A stretch of DNA of 64,000 bases from an uncultured bacterium (GTDB taxonomy: Bacteria; Patescibacteriota; JACMRA01). Location: NCBI GenBank assembly GCA_963704645.1, contig OY969926.1, positions 736,001 to 800,000 of the forward strand. Reading direction: 5' to 3'. Position 1 is the first letter of the stretch; each line of letters opens with the position of its first letter. Positions 9,516 through 18,168 of this stretch are shown piece after piece. Made by a program: the position numbers and the translations under genes. A model generated the notes under the pieces. It did no database searches. It was not told where the DNA came from and saw nothing but the letters and a program-made list of their open reading frames with translations.

Positions 9516-10385
9516 TTATTCGCAACAACAGTCTACATTTTCTTTAAAAGTTTCGCCTAATTCACCAAATTTATAATCTGAATTGAATTTTGTAGCATTT
9601 TTAGAATTTGTTGTGGTTTTGGAATTTATAATGTTCATATTTAAACCCCAAAAGAGTAGGTACATTTTGTAAGCGTCTTCAAATAAATCAAAGGCTTTCT
9701 CATTTTTCCCTTGGCCAAGTTGTTTAGTTCCAACTTCCATTAGCCTCATTGAACTTGCTAATAAATGCTTGGAAATACACCAAACTTCACCCTCATATTC
9801 TGTAATAATCATTTTTAAAGCCCTTTTTCTTACCTCTCTTACTTCCTTCATTATTTCATAGTAACTATTGTTTTGGGTTTTATTGGCAGTGAAAAAAAGA
9901 TGTTCTTCAATACTAATTAAATTCATTATAGCAATGCTTAAGTCTTCGTCTGAAGATAAATCCAGGGGGTTGTCTTTTTTAATCTGGTTTGCCTTTTCTA
10001 CAAAATCAGCAATATCTTGTCTTTCATTAAGTTTTAATTTCTTTTCCAAATCAGGTAAATTAAAATTAATACTTGGGCTGTTAACTCCACTTGCTAGTAA
10101 CATTTTATCAATATTTTGAATTAATTCTTGCAAAGCTATTTTTCCTAAAAGTCTAGATATTTCGTTACCCTGAGAATCTAGAAAAATTAAACAAGGTAAT
10201 AAAGTTTGTTTTTGTATAATGCCAAATTTGGCCAATAGATTGGTATTTTTCTCCTCCGAAGTATTTATACTTTCAATTTTAATAGTAGTTTGATTCTGAA
10301 GATAAAGGTTTTCAACTGCGTCTACCAATGGCAGCATTTTTAAACATGAATCACAGTTGGTGGAGTAGAATTTAAGAATAGACAT
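9516..10385 (-). CDS. Thioredoxin domain fused to an uncharacterised helical domain with C-terminal CCCE
   Basis: N-terminal KFYSTNCDSC / LPCLIFLD. C-terminal domain contains NLISIEEH and WCISKHLL and ends VDCCCE. Confidence 0.8.
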   Translation of the reverse strand: MSILKFYSTNCDSCLKMLPLVDAVENLYLQNQTTIKIESINTSEEKNTNLLAKFGIIQKQTLLPCLIFLDSQGNEISRLLGKIALQELIQNIDKMLLASGVNSPSINFNLPDLEKKLKLNERQDIADFVEKANQIKKDNPLDLSSDEDLSIAIMNLISIEEHLFFTANKTQNNSYYEIMKEVREVRKRALKMIITEYEGEVWCISKHLLASSMRLMEVGTKQLGQGKNEKAFDLFEDAYKMYLLFWGLNMNIINSKTTTNSKNATKFNSDYKFGELGETFKENVDCCCE

Positions 10386-10448
10386 AGGTTATTTTAATTT
10401 AAGTTGTTTGATCATGTATGTTGATTTTTGGTTTTGGAATATATGCAG

Positions 10449-11318
10449 TTATAAAATATTGAAACCCTGCAAAACTTCTAGTCCAATCCAAAATGACAAT
10501 ACCAGCATAATTATACCGCTAATAAGTTTCACCCAGCTATTATATTTGTTTGTAATTCCAGTGGATTGCAGGGTTAGCATGGTAATTGCAAATATTGCTA
10601 AATCATCCAACATAAAAATTGTTACATAAAATATAAGATACCCAATTTTGGAAATCTCATTTAGGTTGCTGCCTGCCAAAATATTAGTGTAAGTTGCAGG
10701 CAAGGCGGCCGAACATAGCAGCTCGAATAAGTTTACCGAGAAGGCCAGTGCCGCAATACCAATTGTTGCAAAAAATAAGCTTTTTTGACCTAAAGCCTGC
10801 TTTACTTTGCTAAACATTTTTTTACTTTGCTCTTGCTCACTTACCTTGCAACCAGCATCTTGTTTTCTTTCCTCCCACCATTTGTTTAAAGTCCATGCCC
10901 CAACTATGAAAGCAGCTATAGCAATTAAAGCCCTTGTAGCTGGAATTAAACCTACAAATTCGTTAATTTTTAGCCAAGAAGTTAGGAATAAAAAATAGCT
11001 TAATGCAGAAGTAAATAAAAAAACTGATCCTAAATACCATTTTTTCCAGCTATCTTTAACATCAAGCAAAATTGAAATCAGAAAAAGTAGAATTGACATT
11101 GCGCATGGGTTAAAACCGTCTACTAAAGCTATTATTAAAGTAATTAAGGGTAGGGAGGCGCCCTGCATGTCAAAATTAGCTATATGTAAATTATATACAT
11201 CAATAGAGACTTTTTCAGCTGCAAAGATGTTAATAGGTGTTAAAAATAATACTGTTAACAATAAATAAGCCAAAGGAAGAATTATATTTAAATTGGTGTA
11301 AGGAAATAGTTTGGTCAT
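10449..11318 (-). CDS. CcdA/DsbD-like transmembrane electron-transfer protein
   Basis: Multi-TM protein with LVDGFNPCAM and FELLCSAALP Cys-Pro motifs. Confidence 0.8.
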   Translation of the reverse strand: MTKLFPYTNLNIILPLAYLLLTVLFLTPINIFAAEKVSIDVYNLHIANFDMQGASLPLITLIIALVDGFNPCAMSILLFLISILLDVKDSWKKWYLGSVFLFTSALSYFLFLTSWLKINEFVGLIPATRALIAIAAFIVGAWTLNKWWEERKQDAGCKVSEQEQSKKMFSKVKQALGQKSLFFATIGIAALAFSVNLFELLCSAALPATYTNILAGSNLNEISKIGYLIFYVTIFMLDDLAIFAITMLTLQSTGITNKYNSWVKLISGIIMLVLSFWIGLEVLQGFNIL

Positions 11319-11384
11319 ATCTTGTTAATAATGATTGAGATTAAATTTGAAAAAAGTGGGTGAGGGTTTGATTCTTAATTAATT

Positions 11385-11750
11385 TTAGCAACCATCTAAA
11401 CCTTCTAATGCACATTTTTCGCATAAAAATAGATTTAAAATATGCCTGTAATCACAAATTTTTGATTCATTTAAACTATAAAAAATACTTAAGCCCTGTT
11501 TTCTAGATTGTAATAATCTAAAATTCTTTAAGGGTCTTAAATGAAAAGAAACTAGATTTAATGGTAAATTTAATTTCTCTTGAAGCTGGCCAACACTTAA
11601 TTCTCCTTTTTGTAATTCCGATAGAATCATGAGACGGTTTGGCTCGGCTATAATTTTTAAAAATTTGGTAAGATCGTTTAAAGTATCAAGATTTTTAATA
11701 TCTATGGCTGTTGGCTGCGTTTTCGGTAAAGTTTTAGTTTTTAAGTTCAT
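11385..11750 (-). CDS. ArsR/SmtB family transcriptional regulator
   Basis: LKIIAEPNRLMIL, ELSVGQL, VSFHL..L, SRKQG..IFYSL. C-terminal cysteines. Confidence 0.9.
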   Translation of the reverse strand: MNLKTKTLPKTQPTAIDIKNLDTLNDLTKFLKIIAEPNRLMILSELQKGELSVGQLQEKLNLPLNLVSFHLRPLKNFRLLQSRKQGLSIFYSLNESKICDYRHILNLFLCEKCALEGLDGC

Positions 11751-11802
11751 ATTTAAGAAGGGTTAATAGCTTATTAAAATAGTATAAACTATTATAGCCT
11801 GC

Positions 11803-11831
11803 ATTATAATAGTCTTAATTGAATATGTCAA
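11803..11831 (-). promoter_or_regulatory. Consensus sigma70 promoter of the ArsR operon
   Basis: Exact TTGACA-17-TATAAT on the minus strand. Confidence 0.85.
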
Positions 11832-12093
11832 AAATAATTATGAAAACAACTTAAAATAGATGAAAATATAAATAACTAATGTTAAACAAGCTCAACATTG
11901 AGAGGCTTACAAGCTTAATCTGGTTGAGCATAGTTCGCAATAGCATAACTCAGAATTTAAAGATACCCATATTTTTAAACCAATGTGAGCATTCTCAAAT
12001 GGAGCAATTATAATTTTCACACGTTGAATTTACCACTTTAGCTTGACATAAAATAGCTAAAATTGGCATATTTAATTTACCTGAGATCATACT

Positions 12094-12270
12094 ATGCCTG
12101 CATCATGTGCCATTACTGGAGTTACCTATAAAAAAGTTCATAAAAGAAGTAAATCAATGCAATCTACAATTACTAGAGTGCGTGCTAATTTACAAAGAAT
12201 TAAAATTGGAAACAAGAGAATTAAAATTTCCACCAGAGCTTTAAGAACCCTGAAAAAGAAAGTTGGGTAG
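12094..12270 (+). CDS. rpmB: 50S ribosomal protein bL28
   Basis: 58 aa, below the ORF-track cutoff: MPASCAITG...RSKSMQSTITRVRANLQ...IKISTRALRTLKK. Confidence 0.9.
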   Translation: MPASCAITGVTYKKVHKRSKSMQSTITRVRANLQRIKIGNKRIKISTRALRTLKKKVG

Positions 12271-12281
12271 TAATACCAACA

Positions 12282-12680
12282 ATGAATTCTAAAATTTTAG
12301 AAAGAGCCGGCCTTACATTTTTGGCCGTTGTTCTTTTTTGCTTCGGTTTTTACCTTGGCATTAAATACGAACCCGTAGATTCAAATTCTACAAAAAATCA
12401 AGGCAAATCCATTTCGTCCAACTTAGATAATCAACCTAGTTCTTCAGCGCCTTCCGCAAATAATAAAATTGTTGGAAAAGAAGTATCTGAGGTTAGTTGG
12501 GTTAAAACAGGGGCTGAACCAGTTTGCCCAGAAAGCCACCCAATTAAAGGGCGTTTAACCGACGGCCAAAAATTATACTATCTTCCCGAAAACAAAACAG
12601 CCAGCAGAGTAAAGCCAGACATTTGTTTTTTAAATGAAGAATATGCTAAAAATACTGCAGGATTTATTAGAAAGTATTAA
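12282..12680 (+). CDS. Membrane-anchored protein with sunset-like domain
   Basis: N-terminal TM and the motif CPESHPIKG...YYLP...KPDICF.NEEYA...GF. Confidence 0.7.
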   Translation: MNSKILERAGLTFLAVVLFCFGFYLGIKYEPVDSNSTKNQGKSISSNLDNQPSSSAPSANNKIVGKEVSEVSWVKTGAEPVCPESHPIKGRLTDGQKLYYLPENKTASRVKPDICFLNEEYAKNTAGFIRKY

Positions 12681-12681
12681 A

Positions 12682-13329
12682 TTACTTCTTTTCAGGAATT
12701 TTGTCCTTTAAACCGTTTAAACCTTCCCCATATGTTGAAAGCATTTCTTTAAAGAAGTTTGCATCTAAATCGTTGTTTAGACTGGTGTAATATTGAATTT
12801 TATTATTATATTCAGCCCAAAATTCTGTTTTGCTAATAGTTGGCCAGAAAAAAAATATTTTTAGCCAGAATGTTTCACGGTTTAGTTTCTTTTCTAAGTC
12901 TCTAATTTCTTGCTTAACTGAGGCTTGCAGATTATCTTTTTCCAAATTGAAACTTTGAACTAAACTTTGCACTCTGTCTTTTAAATTTGATAATACAATT
13001 TGTTGATCAACTGCAGATTTCTGGTATAGTTCAAGTTGATTATTAAGTTTCTCGGTGTCTTTGTAATACTTCGCAATTAACTCATCTTTTTCCAACTCGG
13101 CTAGTTCCTGGTTTACTACAGTAATTTTGTCATTTTTCGGAACAGCTTTTTCCAACTCATTCTTCAACAATACAAAGGCTTTCCTTAGGTTTACAAATTC
13201 AGTGTTGCTTCCACCCTGATCTGGGTGTTTCTCTTTGGCTAGACGTCTATAAATAGTTTTAAGCTCAGCCATTGTAACTTCGGTTGTGGTTGATAAACCA
13301 AAATAGTTTAAGGCGTCCTGAAGATCCAT
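12682..13329 (-). CDS. J-domain (DnaJ-like) protein with coiled coil
   Basis: YRRLAKEKHPDQGG (HPD motif). Confidence 0.85.
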   Translation of the reverse strand: MDLQDALNYFGLSTTTEVTMAELKTIYRRLAKEKHPDQGGSNTEFVNLRKAFVLLKNELEKAVPKNDKITVVNQELAELEKDELIAKYYKDTEKLNNQLELYQKSAVDQQIVLSNLKDRVQSLVQSFNLEKDNLQASVKQEIRDLEKKLNRETFWLKIFFFWPTISKTEFWAEYNNKIQYYTSLNNDLDANFFKEMLSTYGEGLNGLKDKIPEKK

Positions 13330-13573
13330 ATTTGCAGTTTAGGTTAGCTGGTTGTTTTGTCAAGCTTAGAGTTGGGTCAATAACCATTTTTAATTGTTTG
13401 CTATACTAAGATAAATTCCATATTAACTAAAGATTAAGTACAGATCTATTTTTAGCACTCTCAAATTAAGTCCATCAGTTAATTCTAAGTATGAACTATT
13501 AGAGTTTGGAATTAAATCTATGATGTGTTGACAAAAAGAGGGCTCTGTAACTTTATGGGTTTACCTTAATTAT

Positions 13574-14140
13574 ATGTCTGAAGAAATCAAAAAAACTACT
13601 ATAGAAGCAGAAATTGTAGAAAAACCGAAAAGTGAACACTCAAAAAAACATCATGAAAATCACTCTGAAAGCGAAAAACATTCTGAAGAAGCTTCTAAAA
13701 CAGAAGAATCTAAAAAAAGTGAAGATTTTAGTTTTTCAAAATTTACAGCTATCTTAGATAAGTTCTTTAATAAAGATGTACCTTCTTTGCCTTCTGATGT
13801 AAAAGAAATTCTAGTTAAAATTCTTCCATATCTTTCTATTGCTGGTTTAGTATTTTACGCTATTGGTATACTATTTATTTTAATTTCTTTACCAATTTTG
13901 TTGATAACATTGCAATATGGGGTAATTCTTGGCTCAATTATAAGCATTGGAACTTGCGTTCTTTCTGCTATGGCAATTCCTTACTTGTTAAAAAGAGAAA
14001 AGAAAGGCTGGACTTACACTTATTACGGTTTTCTAATTGGCTTGGTAGGTAACTTATTTTCAGCTGGTATTATTGGTTTCGCAATTGGGGGTTTTATTGG
14101 TGGATACTTTTTGTTCCAGCTAAAATCTTATTACAAATAA
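13574..14140 (+). CDS. Membrane protein with charged N-terminus
   Basis: 188 aa, 3-4 TM helices; PSLP..VKE.LVK.LPY and YFLFQLKSYY pattern. Confidence 0.8.
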   Translation: MSEEIKKTTIEAEIVEKPKSEHSKKHHENHSESEKHSEEASKTEESKKSEDFSFSKFTAILDKFFNKDVPSLPSDVKEILVKILPYLSIAGLVFYAIGILFILISLPILLITLQYGVILGSIISIGTCVLSAMAIPYLLKREKKGWTYTYYGFLIGLVGNLFSAGIIGFAIGGFIGGYFLFQLKSYYK

Positions 14141-14572
14141 ATGCTTGAGCAACAACTGTACGCCGTTAGTTATGTGCTGTTAGATACTTTTCATTCGCTA
14201 ATCTTTATACTATTCGGAATTTGTGCGGCTAGATTTTTTCTAGTAAAAGATGCTCCATATAGTTCAATGTATGTTGGAATTGTTGCCTTTATACAAGCAG
14301 TTTACAACGGCTGTCCGCTTACAGATGTAGTAAATTTATTTGCTGTAAAATCTGGCAATACAGCAATTGGTAACGAATTTTTGTTTGTATTTTTTGATTG
14401 GTATTGGTTTTCACGAATTTTAATTTTGTGTGTTTCTTTGCTTTTACTATATCATAGTTATGTAACTTGGAATAACCCTAGAACTATTGTTGATTTTAGT
14501 AGAGTGCTTAGGTTTTCAAACTTGACATCTTTCCTTACAAGAATGAAGACTTTACATATGTGGCGGGTATAG
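14141..14572 (+). CDS. Membrane protein
   Basis: 143 aa with TM helices and a GCPLT motif. Its stop codon lies inside tRNA-Gly. Confidence 0.7.
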   Translation: MLEQQLYAVSYVLLDTFHSLIFILFGICAARFFLVKDAPYSSMYVGIVAFIQAVYNGCPLTDVVNLFAVKSGNTAIGNEFLFVFFDWYWFSRILILCVSLLLLYHSYVTWNNPRTIVDFSRVLRFSNLTSFLTRMKTLHMWRV

Positions 14573-14636
14573 TTTAGTGGTAGAACTTAACCTTCCCAAG
14601 GTTGTGGTGTGGGTTCAATTCCCGCTACCCGCTCCA
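14563..14636 (+). tRNA. tRNA-Gly (CCC)
   Basis: GCGGGTA...AACC-TT-CCC-AA-GGTT...GGTTCAATTCC...TACCCGC-T-CCA. Confidence 0.95.
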
Positions 14637-14650
14637 GTATTTAAATGCAG

Positions 14651-14734
14651 GCGGTCGTGGTGGAACGGTATACACGCTACCTTGAGGTGGTAGTGCTGAA
14701 AAGCTTGGAGGTTCAAATCCTCTCGACCGCACCA
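14651..14734 (+). tRNA. tRNA-Leu (GAG)
   Basis: GCGGTCG...CTACC-TT-GAG-GT-GGTAG, long variable arm, CGACCGC-A-CCA. Confidence 0.95.
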
Positions 14735-14788
14735 TACAAAACACATTACAATTTGCTTATTTATAAATTCAAGAATTGTTAAACACAA

Positions 14789-14875
14789 GCCATTGTGGCG
14801 GAATTGGTAGACGCACTGGACTCAAAATCCAGCGAGAGCAATCTCATGAGGGTTCGATTCCCTCCGATGGCACCA
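14789..14875 (+). tRNA. tRNA-Leu (CAA)
   Basis: GCCATTG...CTGGA-CT-CAA-AA-TCCAG, long variable arm, CGATGGC-A-CCA. Confidence 0.95.
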
Positions 14876-14923
14876 TAAACAAAAATAAAATAACCTAAAA
14901 TTATAAACGTCTAATTTTAAAAT

Positions 14924-15541
14924 ATGTTCACACTTCCTACATTAAAATTCAATCCAGAAAACTTATTACCAGCTATTTCTGCTGAAACTATTGGTTTTCA
15001 TCACGGGAAACACCATTTAACTTACGTTAACAATTTAAATAAATTGGTTGATGAAAATTCAGAACTGCAAAATTTATCTCTTGAACAATTAATTACAAAC
15101 TATAAAACATTTTCTTCTACAATTCAAACTGCAGTGTTAAATAATGCTGGGCAGGTTTTTAACCACAATTTATATTGGGAAAGTATTACAGATAAAGAAG
15201 AAGACAGACTAATCTCCACTAACTTTTTAGAAGTGATTAATAGCACTTTCGGCTCTATAGAAGAATTTAAAAAGCAGTTTGAACAACTAGGTTTAACTCA
15301 ATTTGGTAGTGGTTGGGCTTGGCTTTCTGTAGATAATCAAAGTAAGAAACTTGTTTTATCCAAAACTCCTAACGCCGAAAGTTCTTTGTTATTAGATCAA
15401 ACTCCTATTTTGACAATTGACGTTTGGGAACATGCCTACTATTTAGGTTATCAAAACCGCCGTGCTGATTATCTAAAAGATATGTGGAATATTGTTAATT
15501 GGTCTGAAGTTGAAAGAAAGTATCTAGCTGCATTAAGTTAG
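14924..15541 (+). CDS. sodB: Superoxide dismutase, Fe/Mn family (Fe-type NNAGQ signature)
   Basis: HHGKHH, NNAGQVFNH, FGSGWAWL, DVWEHAYY. Confidence 0.93.
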   Translation: MFTLPTLKFNPENLLPAISAETIGFHHGKHHLTYVNNLNKLVDENSELQNLSLEQLITNYKTFSSTIQTAVLNNAGQVFNHNLYWESITDKEEDRLISTNFLEVINSTFGSIEEFKKQFEQLGLTQFGSGWAWLSVDNQSKKLVLSKTPNAESSLLLDQTPILTIDVWEHAYYLGYQNRRADYLKDMWNIVNWSEVERKYLAALS

Positions 15542-15606
15542 TTTTGGTACTTACGCTGAGAGTTGCTTCTAAACATAACAAGTAGTGAGTAGTATCTCCA
15601 CACTTA

Positions 15607-15631
15607 GACCCTGAAACAAGTTTAGGGTGAC
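15607..15631 (-). repeat. Short palindromic intergenic repeat (gtcaccctgaacttgtttcagggtc type); second copy at 43584-43608
   Basis: Reverse complement gtcaccctaaacttgtttcagggtc vs gtcaccttgaactcgtttcagggcc. Confidence 0.65.
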
Positions 15632-15747
15632 AGCTACACAATGGCTCAGACTTTTAACGGACGATAGCTCCAAGGTACTCAACAAATTCTTGTTCAATGT
15701 AAAACCCCCTTTCGGGGGAATGTTGTTTTCTAATTAAATGCTATAAA

Positions 15748-17004
15748 CTATTTCTTTTTTTCTTTCTTATCGTCTGCAACTGTTTCAGATTTCCTCATTT
15801 CCTTGGCTGTTTTTTGCTGTTTCCAAACTAAGTATCCAACAGCACCTAGTAAACCTAGAATAATTACACCTCCTCCAATTCCAAGACCAATGAACAAAGC
15901 GTTGTTGTTATCTTTTGATTCTTCTTTCTTTGGCTCTACAATGGCTTCCTTAATAGTGTTTTCTTGGCCACTATTTGTTGGAGTGTTAGTATTTTGTACT
16001 GGGGTTGTAGATTTAGGACGATTAGCTTTTGTGGTTTCAAAATCACTCTTAATTTTGGCTAAATCAGCTTCTGTTAAGTTAAATTCTGTTGTATATGTTT
16101 TTGTTGAAGATACATCTTTCACATTTTCCTTGTTAAAGGTAATTATTGGGGGGTTAGTAAAATTAAATGTAGCCTTGTATTTTCCAACTGTCCACTTAGC
16201 TTTAGTTGCAAAAGCTGGAATAGAAATTGGATTATCTTGAGATGCGAAATCTCTGTCAAAATCTGATGTAACTTTACCTGATGGTGTTTCAATTTCAATG
16301 GTCCCTTTAATTTTTTGGAATACATTACCTGTGTTTTTAATTGTCATTCCTAAAAATACATTGTCATAAGGTTGCATAAAGTTAGACTTTACAAAGTCTT
16401 GATATCCAGATGAATTTGGTTGATTAAATTCAAATTTAGGTAGTTCAGCGCCTGTTTTTAAGTCTCCTGGTACGGAAATATATATTCTAGCTCCAACTCT
16501 GTTAATAACATTGAAACCTGAAGTTCCTGTAGTTGGTTTAATTTCTTGCACTGCTAATACACCAGCATATTCGCCTGAAGAAGTATTTTCTGGAACTTTA
16601 ATTGTAAACTTAACTTCAATAGCTTTCTGAGCAGGAATTACTACTTTATCTGTGCTAAGGCTAATCCAGGTTCCAACGTCTTTTAATTCTTCCTTATCGC
16701 TGAAAGTAAATTGATCGGTGTTCTTAATTCTGTCTTCTGGAGAAAGCATGATGGTTTTTTCCTTATCACTTAAATTTGAAACAAGGGCAATTCTTTCTAC
16801 AGATTCACCAGCTTTTAAACTTTGAATAAACCATGCTCTAGTTAAAGATTGGGCTGGGTCGCTTTGGGCAGGTTGAATTGCAATTCCGTCAATTGCTCTA
16901 ACACCAGCTGGTGTTTCTTGAGCTAAAACTGAAAAAAAGTTGATGGGGGAGGGAGTTAATAAAACTAATAAAAATAGTAAGGATGTGATTTTTTTGAGGG
17001 ACAT
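15748..17004 (-). CDS. DUF916-like WxL-interacting membrane-anchored protein
   Basis: Signal peptide, then LKAGESV..IALVSN, WISL, FTIKVPENTSSGEYAG and RVGARIYISVPG. C-terminal TM plus basic tail. Adjacent to the WxL-like gene. Confidence 0.8.
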   Translation of the reverse strand: MSLKKITSLLFLLVLLTPSPINFFSVLAQETPAGVRAIDGIAIQPAQSDPAQSLTRAWFIQSLKAGESVERIALVSNLSDKEKTIMLSPEDRIKNTDQFTFSDKEELKDVGTWISLSTDKVVIPAQKAIEVKFTIKVPENTSSGEYAGVLAVQEIKPTTGTSGFNVINRVGARIYISVPGDLKTGAELPKFEFNQPNSSGYQDFVKSNFMQPYDNVFLGMTIKNTGNVFQKIKGTIEIETPSGKVTSDFDRDFASQDNPISIPAFATKAKWTVGKYKATFNFTNPPIITFNKENVKDVSSTKTYTTEFNLTEADLAKIKSDFETTKANRPKSTTPVQNTNTPTNSGQENTIKEAIVEPKKEESKDNNNALFIGLGIGGGVIILGLLGAVGYLVWKQQKTAKEMRKSETVADDKKEKKK

Positions 17005-17063
17005 AATTGTACGAATCTGAGTTAAGGCAGTTTATAAACTTTGTAAAGGTAAAAGTCTATAAG

Positions 17064-17100
17064 CTACCGGCAGCCTCTGCAGAACTGCCAGTAATTTTGT
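17064..17100 (-). terminator. Hairpin between the WxL-like gene and the DUF916-like gene
   Basis: tactggcag...ctgccggta inverted repeat directly after the stop at 17106. Confidence 0.6.
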
Positions 17101-17105
17101 GGAAA

Positions 17106-17750
17106 TTAACTTACTGAGTAAGTTGCAGTTCCTTGGTATTGTTGTGCTTTCAAACTGATACTGGTAGGCGCTGGGTATAAACCGTAAGCTGGGATATCAA
17201 TTTCAGCGTTAACATCAACAGTGTATGTACCATTTCCATTTCCTGAGGAAGCGGAGATAATACCGAAAGTATTACTTTCACCTGCTGCTGCAACAGTTGA
17301 TAATGCAGTGATTTCAACTTGAGAAGTAGGAGTTGTTAAACCTGCTGTGTTTCCAGAAACAGTTGTTTGACCGCTTGGAGTTACACGTAAGTATTTAGCA
17401 GCTGTACCGAAGTTGGCTGTAACGTCTGAAGCTAAAAGAATAATTTTAGTAGCATCAGTTTGACCAGTTAAGTTAGTAAACTTAACATCAGCAGACCATC
17501 CAGATAGAGAACCAGTGGTGTCAATAATAGTTGTGTCTAAAATGTCTCCAGTGGAGGTTTGTAATGTGTTTGCAATTGTGATTGCGCTTAAAGTAGCGGA
17601 AGCAGCAGCTGTGATAGTTCTTGTTCCACCATTAACAGTTAAGTTAAGAGTAGTGTTAGAGTTTCCTTGTGCGGAAGCAGGAACTACACCAGCAACAGCT
17701 AAAAGGCTACCTAAAAGAATAGCGGATTGAACTTTTTGAGACAATGTCAT
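17106..17750 (-). CDS. Small secreted WxL-like domain protein
   Basis: Signal peptide (ASA|Q), D.TGS..GWS motif, G.GTY and C-terminal AQQYQGTATYSVS. Confidence 0.75.
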   Translation of the reverse strand: MTLSQKVQSAILLGSLLAVAGVVPASAQGNSNTTLNLTVNGGTRTITAAASATLSAITIANTLQTSTGDILDTTIIDTTGSLSGWSADVKFTNLTGQTDATKIILLASDVTANFGTAAKYLRVTPSGQTTVSGNTAGLTTPTSQVEITALSTVAAAGESNTFGIISASSGNGNGTYTVDVNAEIDIPAYGLYPAPTSISLKAQQYQGTATYSVS

Positions 17751-17840
17751 ATAAATTTGTTTGTTTTTGTTGTTGTTAGTTTGGTTTGTTTAAAAAGTAC
17801 CGTCCTTAAAAGCTGCAGCTTTTTTTAGGTACTGCTATGC

Positions 17841-17869
17841 ATTATAGTGTAGAGTTTAGTTATGGTCAA
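17841..17869 (-). promoter_or_regulatory. Strong sigma70 promoter of the WxL-like operon
   Basis: TTGACC-17-TATAAT. The transcript begins with a hairpin containing the palindrome AAAAGCTGCAGCTTTT. Confidence 0.8.
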
Positions 17870-18168
17870 AAAATTTAGAATTGAACCTGTCTCCACACTC
17901 GTCACATATAAAATCTTACCTCCCAAAACATGTACTTGGATTGACTAAAGTCTCATACTTTACGCTTCAATCTCTATAGCCTAGCCAGTATACAAGCTTT
18001 CAGGGGTGGTGAATAAGGTTTTTGTCTAGAGTTAAATTTCGCTTGATTACTGTCAGCAACATGGTCACAGGCTTAATTTCAAATTTGCCAAAAAACTAAC
18101 AAAAGCCTACTCTTATAATAAATTTGAAATCTTCTTATAGATTTTAGAATATAAACAAAAACAAAATT

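Noticed and set aside
13452-13478. CIRCE element upstream of the J-domain gene
   Set aside because: Only the left half TTAGCACTC matches; the right half GAGTGCTAA is absent at 9-nt spacing.
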